NCBI GenBank assembly: GCA_040005235.1
Contig: JBDTZG010000003.1
Span: forward strand, 168,093 to 232,092
Direction: 5' to 3'
Length of the DNA stretch: 64,000 nt
Origin: Acidobacteriota bacterium
Lineage (GTDB): Bacteria; Acidobacteriota; Thermoanaerobaculia; Multivoradales; UBA5704
The notes below the pieces were generated by a model, which saw nothing but the letters and a program-made list of their open reading frames with translations, was not told the origin of the DNA and did no database searches. The translations under genes were made by a program, and so were the position numbers. Positions 28,900 to 37,716 of this stretch are shown here, piece after piece. How positions within the stretch are numbered: position 1 is the first letter of the stretch; every line of letters starts with the position of its first letter.

Positions 28900-29177
28900 C
28901 CCTCGACCTCGCCCTCACCCACGAGCCCCTCTGGCGCGGCCTCGCGATCGAAAACCTGGCGGGCAAACTGACGCTCACGACACCCCCGGCCGTAGCGATT
29001 CCGGTGCTCGCCGCGAACCTTTCGGCGCTGGAAATCGACCCGGAGGAAGTGGTCCTCACCGGCGGCATGGCGATCTGGGCGTATCTGGTCGTGTTCCACC
29101 AACTCCACGGCAGAACGCGGCGGATCGTCTACCGCGACGGCCGCGGGCAGGAGATCCTGGTGGCGGCGCACGGCTGA
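28896..29177 (+). CDS. Csx3/Crn3-like putative ring nuclease
   Basis: 93 aa. VVLTGGMAIWAYLVVFHQLH...IVY...LVAAH resembles the Csx3 core. ATGA-coupled to the CARF gene. Confidence 0.65.
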   Translation: MTLDLALTHEPLWRGLAIENLAGKLTLTTPPAVAIPVLAANLSALEIDPEEVVLTGGMAIWAYLVVFHQLHGRTRRIVYRDGRGQEILVAAHG

Positions 29178-29279
29178 GGGGCCACCCCGTAGCCCCGATC
29201 GAATGTAGAATCGCCCGCGTTCCTGCCGTTCTGCATGGTTCGAGGAGCTGGGTATTCAGTAAAGTAAAAGCAACCCTCG

Positions 29280-29477
29280 TGCCAGTTTTCAAGGCTGGGG
29301 GCGGAGAAATGGGAGGGGGGTTGCGAACGGCGCCCGAAGTTGTTCCTTGACAATCAGTTAGCGAGGTTTCCGGGAGACGAAAAGGAAGCGAAGTGCAGCG
29401 TAAGCGAAGCGAAAGTCGAGAGGTAGCGAAAATCGAGCCCGCAACCGGCGTAGAATCAAGGCCTTGCAGAGGCGGCA
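29280..29477 (+). promoter_or_regulatory. CRISPR leader 1
   Basis: 198 bp directly upstream of repeat 1 and near-identical to 31161-31358. Contains an IHF-consensus match AATCAAGGCCTTG at 29454-29466. Confidence 0.85.
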
Positions 29478-30443
29478 GTCGGAACAGCCCTGATCTGGAC
29501 GAAGGGATTGCGACTTTCGTCTGGCATGCAATAGTCACGATTGACTTTTTGCGGGTCGGAACAGCCCTGATCTGGACGAAGGGATTGCGACTCGGCGAGC
29601 TCCTGGAGGGTCCAGAGGTTGTCTTTGCGCTCGTCGGAACAGCCCTGATCTGGACGAAGGGATTGCGACTGAGCTTGTCGCCTTCTTTTCGGTTCATCGC
29701 CATTTCGTCGGAACAGCCCTGATCTGGACGAAGGGATTGCGACTCCTGGCGACTGCCAAAGCACGGTAGTACCGCGATTCGTGTCGGAACAGCCCTGATC
29801 TGGACGAAGGGATTGCGACGAATCGACTTGCCGGGTGCCTGGTTGGGCGAGAGGTGGAGTCGGAACAGCCCTGATCTGGACGAAGGGATTGCGACCCCCA
29901 CGTGTTGTCGTAGGTGGCGGGATGTTCGTATTTCCAGTCGGAACAGCCCTGATCTGGACGAAGGGATTGCGACATCGTGCCGAGCAGGATTGTGAAGAGC
30001 TGCGTTGGTCGAACGTCGGAACAGCCCTGATCTGGACGAAGGGATTGCGACGTAAAGCTTGGGCGAATCGGCATTAGAGGTCCCTGTAAGTCGGAACAGC
30101 CCTGATCTGGACGAAGGGATTGCGACTTCTTGAGTAACGCGAAGTTTCCGAGACCGAACCCAACGTGTCGGAACAGCCCTGATCTGGACGAAGGGATTGC
30201 GACGGGGACGGGGATATGAACGAGGGTTCGTGTCACCACGATCTCCTCGTCGGAACAGCGAACAGCCCTGATCTGGACGAAGGGATTGCGACGCGAGCAC
30301 CGACACATAGAGGTCAAATGCGGACACAAAGGTCGGAACAGCCCTGATCTGGACGAAGGGATTGCGACTTCGTTGGTGGGAAGCGTTGGCAGTACCGAGT
30401 CAAAAGGTCGGAACAGCCCTGATCTGGACGAAGGGATTGCGGA
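29478..30443 (+). CRISPR. CRISPR array 1: 13 repeats, 12 spacers (37-45 bp)
   Basis: 37-bp repeat GTCGGAACAGCCCTGATCTGGACGAAGGGATTGCGAC with a CCCT/AGGG stem and an ATTGCGAC 3' handle. The last repeat is degenerate. Confidence 0.98.
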
Positions 30444-30775
30444 TCACCGATTTGCCGCGGGATCGGCCTTCCCTCCGCAGGGATCACCCTTCCCTCCGGC
30501 GGGATCACTGTTTTTGGGCCAAAATCACTGTTCCTTCCAGCGGGATCACCGATTTTGGGCCAAAATCACTGTTCCTCCCGGAGGGATCACTGTTTTTGGG
30601 CCAAAATCACTCTTCCCTCCAGCGGGATCGGTGATTTTGGGCCAAAATCGCTGTTCCTTCCGGCGGGATCACCGTTTTTGGGCCAAAATCGCTGTTCCTT
30701 CCCGGGGGATCGGTGATTTTGGCGAAGGATCGCCCCTCCCCCGGGCCGGATCGCTGATTTTGGAGCGGGATCATC
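30442..30775. repeat. Tandem repeat with a 41-bp period (alternating 20- and 21-bp subunits) containing TTTTGG-G-CCAAAA palindromes
   Basis: GATC/AATC anchors at 30482, 30503, 30523, 30544, 30564, 30585 and onward. Confidence 0.9.
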
Positions 30776-30879
30776 CTTGTCGGCGAGTCCGGGGGCACCC
30801 GCAGCCGGGACGATCGCATGACTCTGGCCTTTCGGCGACCGCGCGCTACCCTCCGTCGGCATTTATCGCGTCTTTCGAT

Positions 30880-30987
30880 GTGACCTCTCCCCTGCTCGCC
30901 GTCGGCACCCAGCTCGAAGCGGTGCTCGATCGCGGCAACCTGATGGCGGCGTTCTCGAAGGTTGCGGAGAATTGCGGTTGCGCGGGA
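30880..30987 (+). pseudogene. 5' fragment of a reverse transcriptase gene (RT0-like region)
   Basis: Translates to VTSPLLAVGTQLEAVLDRGNLMAAFSKVAENCGCAG, matching the NL..A..KV..N.G.AG(VDG) start of group-II-intron-like/CRISPR RTs. The match breaks abruptly. Confidence 0.7.
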
Positions 30988-31132
30988 CCGCCTGCGCGAG
31001 CGTCTGACTGCCAAGGTGGCGGAAGACGAGGACAGCGTGCGAATCTACCGCCTCTGCGCCGACTGCCGAGCGAAAGTCGAGATCCTCGGCCGCGGCGGGG
31101 TGACGGAAGATCCTGAGATCTACGTGATCTGA
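30986..31132 (+). pseudogene. cas2: 3' fragment of cas2
   Basis: Translates to DRLRERLTAKVAEDEDSVRIYRLCADCRAKVEILGRGGVTEDPEIYVI*, the typical Cas2 C-terminal half (DSVRIYxLC..C). No start or N-terminal half. Confidence 0.85.
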
Positions 31133-31160
31133 GTTCCTGTAGATAAAGCAGCAAGCGGCA

Positions 31161-31358
31161 TGCCAGTTTTCGAGGGTGGGGGCGGAGGAATGGGAGGGGG
31201 GTTGCGAACGGCGCCCGAAGTGGTTCGTTGACAATCAGTTAGCGATGATTCCGGGAGACGAAAGGGAAGTGAAGTGCAGCGTAAGCGAAGCGAAAGTCGA
31301 GAGGCAGCGAATTTCGAACCCGCAACCGGCGTAGAATCAAGGCCTTGCAGAGGCGGCA
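31161..31358 (+). promoter_or_regulatory. CRISPR leader 2
   Basis: Ungapped copy of leader 1 (13 mismatches in 198 bp by manual count). IHF-like site at 31335-31347. Confidence 0.85.
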
Positions 31359-31780
31359 GTCGGAACAGCCCTGATCTGGACGAAGGGATTGCGACTCCGT
31401 CAGATTCAGATACGCCTCGTTAGGGGCATGGACCGACAAGTCGGAACTGCCCTGATCTGGACGAAGGGATTGCGACAGCCCCCGCCCCCTTCTTCTTCGA
31501 CGGGGCCTCGAATGAGTCGGAACTGCCCTGATCTGGACGAAGGGATTGCGACTCGATCAAGCTCGACGGAAGCGGATCCTGCTGCCGAGTCGGAACTGCC
31601 CTGATCTGGACGAAGGGATTGCGACTTATTAGCAGGCATTCTCTCGCCAACCTTACTATCTCGGTCGGAACTGCCCTGATCTGGACGAAGGGATTGCGAC
31701 TCATACGACAACCACATCGTCAGGCCAATCACACTGTCCAGAGGTCGGAACTGCCCTGATCTGGACGAAGGGATTGCGAG
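31359..31780 (+). CRISPR. CRISPR array 2: 6 repeats, 5 spacers (36-44 bp)
   Basis: Same 37-bp repeat. Repeats 2-6 carry A>T at position 9 (GTCGGAACTGCC), and the last repeat ends in G. Confidence 0.98.
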
Positions 31781-31795
31781 GTCGTCGGCCTACAG

Positions 31796-31851
31796 CCCTC
31801 ACCCCCTGGCCCCCTCTCCCATCCGCACTCCCGCCCGCCCGGGAGAGGGGG
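31796..31851. repeat. REP-like palindrome CCCTCACCCCC..CCCCTCTCCC...GGGAGAGGGG
   Basis: CCCCTCTCCC/GGGAGAGGGG inverted repeat preceded by CCCTCACCCCC. Confidence 0.55.
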
Positions 31852-32001
31852 ACGTCGGCGAGGCGGCTTGCCGGAACGGACCTTTTAGGGCGGCGCGCGG
31901 GGTGGTTCCCTTCTGCCAGGAGGGAATGAGGGCTACCGGACGTTAGGTGGACGGCTGGCTGACGATTTCGATCCCGCGCGAGGGGAGGCGTCGATCGAAA
32001 A

Positions 32002-32289
32002 TCAGGCGAACTGGAGCACGAGCTCTTTGCCGCAGGCTTCCGCGTACTTCCGGAGAGTAGCCAGTGACGGCGAATGCTTCCCGGTTGCGAGAGCGCGCTC
32101 AAGTCGGGCCACCGCAGGCGGCTGAGTACCCATACGTTCGGCAACTTGGGCTTGAGTGAGACCGGCTTCGTGCCGCGCCTTCAAGAGAAGATCGAGGAGC
32201 GCCCCTTCTTCTCTCTCAATGCGCTCGACTTCCTTTCGGACGCCAGGTCGGCGCATGAGCTTGGAAACAATCTGGTCATGGGTTCGCAT
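32002..32289 (-). CDS. XRE-family HTH antitoxin (HigA-like)
   Basis: ARHEAGLTQAQVAERMGTQPPAVARLE, SPSLATLRKYAEACG. Confidence 0.9.
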   Translation of the reverse strand: MRTHDQIVSKLMRRPGVRKEVERIEREEGALLDLLLKARHEAGLTQAQVAERMGTQPPAVARLERALATGKHSPSLATLRKYAEACGKELVLQFA

Positions 32290-32608
32290 TCTTGACCTCC
32301 TTCATCCGCTTTCGCGCGATATCGATCTCTTTCAGCGGAGTTTTCTGTGTTTTCTTGATGAACGAGTGCAGCATCATGACTCGGCGACCGAGCAGCGTGC
32401 AGAAGAAGACCCTTGCAATTCCTTCTTTTCCCTTCAAGCGGAGTTCGAAGAGGCCATCGCCGAAGGCGTCGGTGTAAGGCGGCCCTAGATTCGGTCCGAT
32501 AGCCGTGATGCGTCGCGTCAGGACAACGTACCGAGCGGCGAGGGTATCTGGAAGTTCGAGAATCCGCTCCTGAATCTCTTCGCCGTAGTACTCGATCGAG
32601 TAGTCCAC
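32276..32608 (-). CDS. RelE/ParE-family toxin (HigB/Gp49-like)
   Basis: GDGLFELRLKGKEGIARVFF, LHSFIKKTQKTP.KEIDIARKR. Lies upstream of the HTH gene. Confidence 0.9.
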   Translation of the reverse strand: MDYSIEYYGEEIQERILELPDTLAARYVVLTRRITAIGPNLGPPYTDAFGDGLFELRLKGKEGIARVFFCTLLGRRVMMLHSFIKKTQKTPLKEIDIARKRMKEVKNANP

Positions 32609-32701
32609 GCCGACGAACATAACAAGAATGTTACTTCCGAGCAAGCCAGTCTGTTGAAGGATTTCGGAGCGCGAGTACAACTCTCAGAGGTACAAGCCCG
32701 A

Positions 32702-33661
32702 CTACGCCGCCTCGATCGCCAGCTGGCCGAGGCCGAAGACCGTTCCCTTGCCGACGTGTATCACCTCGGCCGCGCGCAGGAGGGGCGCGAGCGGTTCGAG
32801 ATCGCCGCGGAGGTCGAGCGTGCCCTCGTAACCGCCGAGGGGAGTGTGGGTTTGCTGGCGCTGGCTGTAGCGCTCCACGTCGTGAAAGCGGAGATCGGTC
32901 CCCACGACTTCGAGCGTTCCGGCGTGCTCTAGGAGCGGCTTGAACGTCCAGTCGATTGTTGAGTCCGGCGCATGGAAATGCGCCAGCTCCAGTAGGCGAC
33001 GGATCATGGCGAACGCCAGCGCCCGCGGGCGATCCGGCGGCACCACGCGCTTGTGGTCGAGCAGGCGTACGGGGGTGACGAAACGCAGCCGCACGCGGTG
33101 GCCGTCGCCGGGCAGCGGTTCGTTCGGAAGCGGTGCGCCGCTCGGCGGGATCGGCTCGACCCCTGCGACCGCGAATTCCGCCTTGCGGCCTGCCACCGCC
33201 GCGCCGAGCCCTCCGGCTGCCAGACGCTCGACCGCGGCGAGTGCGTACCTTTGCAGCTCGATCGCCCGGCCGAACAGAAGCAGGTCGAAGCCGAGCGTCT
33301 CGCCTACGGCGAGGGTGGTGGTGGTGCTGCGCGGCTCGAATAGGTACGGGCGCGGCGCAGTCGTCACCCCGGCGAGAAAGCTCAGCGGCTCCAGCGGCTG
33401 CCCAGGGTTCGGCGTCTCGAAAATCCGCGGATAGGGGCACTCGCTTCGCAGCACGCAAGTAGGGCACGGCGCGTCCGGCCCGAAGCTGCAGACCGTCTTC
33501 CTTAGCGCGTGGCCGAAGGCACCGCGAAGAGTCGAGCCGTGAAACGGCGGCAGCCGCGCCGGGGTGAGCGCCCGAAGGGTGATCCGAAAGCGCGCATGGC
33601 GCAGCTCGGGCAGCACGTACGGAAGCCCGGCGCCTGAACCCGCCGTTTCGTTCGCGATCAC
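32702..33661 (-). CDS. cas6: CRISPR pre-crRNA processing endoribonuclease Cas6
   Basis: GSTLRGAFGHALR, C..CPTC....CPY Cys cluster, PRPY, LRFVTP, and C-terminal G-loop HVGKGTVFGLG. GTG start overlaps the rsmA stop. Confidence 0.92.
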   Translation of the reverse strand: MIANETAGSGAGLPYVLPELRHARFRITLRALTPARLPPFHGSTLRGAFGHALRKTVCSFGPDAPCPTCVLRSECPYPRIFETPNPGQPLEPLSFLAGVTTAPRPYLFEPRSTTTTLAVGETLGFDLLLFGRAIELQRYALAAVERLAAGGLGAAVAGRKAEFAVAGVEPIPPSGAPLPNEPLPGDGHRVRLRFVTPVRLLDHKRVVPPDRPRALAFAMIRRLLELAHFHAPDSTIDWTFKPLLEHAGTLEVVGTDLRFHDVERYSQRQQTHTPLGGYEGTLDLRGDLEPLAPLLRAAEVIHVGKGTVFGLGQLAIEAA

Positions 33662-34560
33662 GAATCCGGAGGATAGCGCGCCGGGATCGGCACTTGATGG
33701 ATCGCCAGGAATTCGCCCAGGCCGAGCGCCTCGGCGCGGAGGCCTGGATCGATGCCGGCGGCATCCAGCACCGCCGCGGCGCGCTCTTTTCCCCAGCCGG
33801 CGGCGAGGGCGTTCTTGAGCGTCTTCCGGCGTTGGCCGAAGGCCAGGCGGACCATTGCGATGAACGCGGGCATTTCGGCCGGCGGCAGCGGCGGCGGACG
33901 GAGGTTGAAGCCGACGAACCCGCCGTCTACTTTCGGCGGCGGGCGAAAGCTTCCTTTCTTCACCTGGCCCAACAGGTGGGCGTGGGCGTAGGCCGCGACC
34001 AGCACGCTCATCGAGCCGTAGGCTTCGTCCCCGGGGCCGGCGACCAGCCGCTCGGCCACTTCGTATTGCACCAGCACGGCGGCGCGCGGAACGGCCGCAG
34101 CCCGGGTGAGGATTCGTTCGATCAACGGGGTCGCCACGTTGTAGGGCAGGTTGCCGGCGACCAGCGTCGGGTCGGGCAGCCGTTCCCAGGGGATTTCGAG
34201 CGCGTCTCCGGCGACGATCGACAGCTTGGGCAAGTCGTGGCTCAGGTTGTCCCGGAGCGACTGGCCGCTGCCGAAGGCGCCCGAAGGAGCGAGGAGGCAA
34301 CCTGAGCCACGACCGAACCGACTGCGCAGCGCGAACGCCCATTCCGGATCGACCTCCCAGGCGAGCACCTCGGCTCCGGCGCGCAGCAGCTCGGCGGTGA
34401 GCACCCCCCCGCCCGGGCCGATCTCCAGCACACGCGCCCCGGCGATCGGCGAGAGGAACTCGATCAGCGGCCGGCAGAGAGCGCCGTCCACCAGGTGGTG
34501 CTGGCCGAAGGTCTTTTTGAGCGAAGGTCGTCCCGGGGCCATGGGCCGGGACGGTATCAC
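33658..34560 (-). CDS. rsmA: 16S rRNA m6,2A dimethyltransferase RsmA/KsgA with an in-frame insertion
   Basis: KKTFGQH, VLEIGPGGG, AGNLPYNV, FRPPPKVD, FGQRRKTL, RAEAL. Confidence 0.95.
   Translation of the reverse strand: MIPSRPMAPGRPSLKKTFGQHHLVDGALCRPLIEFLSPIAGARVLEIGPGGGVLTAELLRAGAEVLAWEVDPEWAFALRSRFGRGSGCLLAPSGAFGSGQSLRDNLSHDLPKLSIVAGDALEIPWERLPDPTLVAGNLPYNVATPLIERILTRAAAVPRAAVLVQYEVAERLVAGPGDEAYGSMSVLVAAYAHAHLLGQVKKGSFRPPPKVDGGFVGFNLRPPPLPPAEMPAFIAMVRLAFGQRRKTLKNALAAGWGKERAAAVLDAAGIDPGLRAEALGLGEFLAIHQVPIPARYPPDS
34234..34313. repeat. 80-bp palindromic element, copy A (inside rsmA)
   Basis: Perfect 16-bp terminal inverted repeat GTCGTGGCTCAGGTTG/CAACCTGAGCCACGAC. The core matches 62981-63060 in the opposite orientation. 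Confidence 0.9.
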
Positions 34561-34695
34561 CTTGGCCCTGCCATTCCGGCCAATCTGGCACTTCCGGTTC
34601 GAGACCGCAGGGGATCGAGCCGCACCGCGGGCGACTTCCCCGCGTCCCGCCGGAGCCTCCTGATGGCACTTCGATTGCAGCCGGGGAGCCTCGCC

Positions 34696-35685
<990 letters not shown>

Positions 35686-35710
35686 CCGCTTGAGGCTCCG
35701 CGTTTCTTCC

Positions 35711-36682
35711 ATGGCTCCAATGCCCGGCCCGACCCGAGGTTCGTGGTTCTCCCGGTTCCTGCCGCAAAAGGCTGCGGCGCAGGCTGCGCCCGCGCGGCCC
35801 TCGCGGACGGAGCTGCCGGCGGATCTGATGCGCAAGGTGCGGCGGATCGAAATCGCCACCAACCGCTTGGTGGACCAAGGGGTCGCCGGAGATTTCCATT
35901 CGGTGTTCAAAGGGCGCGGCATGGAGTTTTCCGAAGTCCGGCCCTATCAGCCCGGCGACGACGTCCGCTCGATCGATTGGAACGTCACCGCGCGAATGGG
36001 CGCGCCGTTCATCAAACAGTTCGTCGAGGAACGCGACCTGTCGGTGTTCCTTGCGGTCGACGTCTCGGGAAGCCTGGGCGTCGGCTCGCGCGCGATCTTG
36101 AAGCGCGAGCTGGCGGCCGAGGTCGCGGCGCTCTTGAGCTTTGCCGCCCTGCGCAACCAGGACCGGGTGGGCGCGGCGCTCCTTTCCGATCGGCTGGAGC
36201 TGTTCCTCCAGCCGGCGCGGCGGCGCGCCCAGGTGCTGCGCATGGTGCGCGAGATCCTCGACCGGCCGGCCCACGGCCCCACCGACCTTGAAACGAGTTT
36301 CGCGGCGACCCTCGCGAACCTGAAGCGCCGCTCGGTGCTGTTCTTGATCTCCGACTTCGTCGCCGCCGCCTGCCCGCGCGCGCTCAAGGCTGCCGCGGTG
36401 CGCCACGATCTGGTGGTGATCGAGATCGTCGATCCGCGCGACGTCGATCCGCCGACCACCGGGCCGGTGGTCCTCACCGACTCCGAGACCGGCCGGGTGG
36501 TCCTGGCCGGCGGAGCGAAGTTCGCCCGCGCCCAAGCCGAACGCCGCGCCCGCGAACGGGCCGAGCTGGCGCGGCTGACCGGGAAGATCGGCGCCGACCG
36601 GCTGGAGCTGCGCACCGACCGGCCCTACCTGCCGCCGCTGGTCGCCTTCTTCGAAGCGCGGAAAAAGAGGCTTCGCCGATGA
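35711..36682 (+). CDS. DUF58 domain protein
   Basis: GRGMEFSEVRPYQPGDDVRSIDWNVTAR, DVSGS, ISDF. Confidence 0.93.
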   Translation: MAPMPGPTRGSWFSRFLPQKAAAQAAPARPSRTELPADLMRKVRRIEIATNRLVDQGVAGDFHSVFKGRGMEFSEVRPYQPGDDVRSIDWNVTARMGAPFIKQFVEERDLSVFLAVDVSGSLGVGSRAILKRELAAEVAALLSFAALRNQDRVGAALLSDRLELFLQPARRRAQVLRMVREILDRPAHGPTDLETSFAATLANLKRRSVLFLISDFVAAACPRALKAAAVRHDLVVIEIVDPRDVDPPTTGPVVLTDSETGRVVLAGGAKFARAQAERRARERAELARLTGKIGADRLELRTDRPYLPPLVAFFEARKKRLRR

Positions 36683-37716
36683 GGCGGGCGACCGCTTGGG
36701 GGCTGGCGACCTGGATCGGCCTGGCCGGTGCGGCGGGCGCTCAGACGAACGGCGAGCCGACGCTATCGGCCCATGCGGAATCGGCAGGTCCGGCGGCCGG
36801 GCCCCTCACGGTGGGCGATCGAGCGGTGGTGACGTTGGAGCTGGCGGTGCCGGCCGGCCCTAGTGGAGAAACTACCGGAGAACCGCGGTTTCCCACTTGG
36901 GGAAAGACCTGGGGCGATGCCGAGGTCGTGGGCGTCGGGCCGGTCGAGCGGAGCGCCGGAGGCTCGGGCGAAACCACATTCCGGCAGCAGGTGGCAGTGA
37001 GGGTGTTCCGGACCGGCAAAGTCATGCTGCCGCCCATGGCGGTGGTCGTGCCGCAAGCGGGCGGCAGCCGCACGATGTCCACCCCCGCGAGCTTGGCGCT
37101 CGACGTCTCTTCGGTCATCCCCGGCGATCCCAAGGCGGCGACGCCCAAGCCTCCGGCGGCGCCCCGTTCTCTCCCCTGGGGCCGGCGGTTCTGGTGGACG
37201 TTCGCGGGGATGTCCGCGCTGGCGTTCGCGCTGGGGCTATGGGTCTTCGCCCGTAAGAAGGTAGCCGAGATCGCCGCAGCCGCCCTGCCGCCGCTTGAGG
37301 AATTGGAGCGCGAGCTGGCGCGGATCGCCGCCGGGCTCGGCGGTTCCGAGGGGGCCGCCGCGTCGGCACGCATCGCCGCCAGCCTTTCGAGCGCTCTGCG
37401 CCGCTACCTCGGGCGCGAGCTGGCGTTTCCCGCGCTAGAAAGCACCACCACCGAGATCCAACGGCGGCTGCGCAAGGAGCAGACTCCGGAAGGGATCTCC
37501 CGACCGGGCGTCGATCTTCTCCGCCGGCTCGACCGGATCAAATTCGCGCGCCGCGCGGCCGAGAACCCGGCTCCGCCGGAAGGCTCCGCGAGCGAGGCGA
37601 TGTTTTCCGAGGCGATCGCCGCCGCCCGCTCGGTCGCCTCCGGCATCGACCGGCACCGCCGCCCGACGCCTGCCGAGGCCGCCGTCGGAATCGAACGGGC
37701 GGAGGCCGCGCGATGA
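36679..37716 (+). CDS. Bat-operon membrane protein (DUF4381-like)
   Basis: Signal peptide, one TM segment, LRRYL...ALESTTTE, D.IKFA. Position in the moxR-bat operon. Confidence 0.7.
   Translation: MRRATAWGLATWIGLAGAAGAQTNGEPTLSAHAESAGPAAGPLTVGDRAVVTLELAVPAGPSGETTGEPRFPTWGKTWGDAEVVGVGPVERSAGGSGETTFRQQVAVRVFRTGKVMLPPMAVVVPQAGGSRTMSTPASLALDVSSVIPGDPKAATPKPPAAPRSLPWGRRFWWTFAGMSALAFALGLWVFARKKVAEIAAAALPPLEELERELARIAAGLGGSEGAAASARIAASLSSALRRYLGRELAFPALESTTTEIQRRLRKEQTPEGISRPGVDLLRRLDRIKFARRAAENPAPPEGSASEAMFSEAIAAARSVASGIDRHRRPTPAEAAVGIERAEAAR

Noticed and set aside
29056-31732. Long ORFs across the CRISPR arrays (e.g. 29056-30327, 29694-30329, 30286-31116)
   Set aside because: They are translations of repeats, spacers and the satellite. 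Only the short RT and Cas2 fragments carry protein signal.
32702-34669. 655-aa ORF suggesting a large Cas6 fusion
   Set aside because: The N-terminal half is an alternative frame of rsmA. Cas6 similarity begins only after about 33661.
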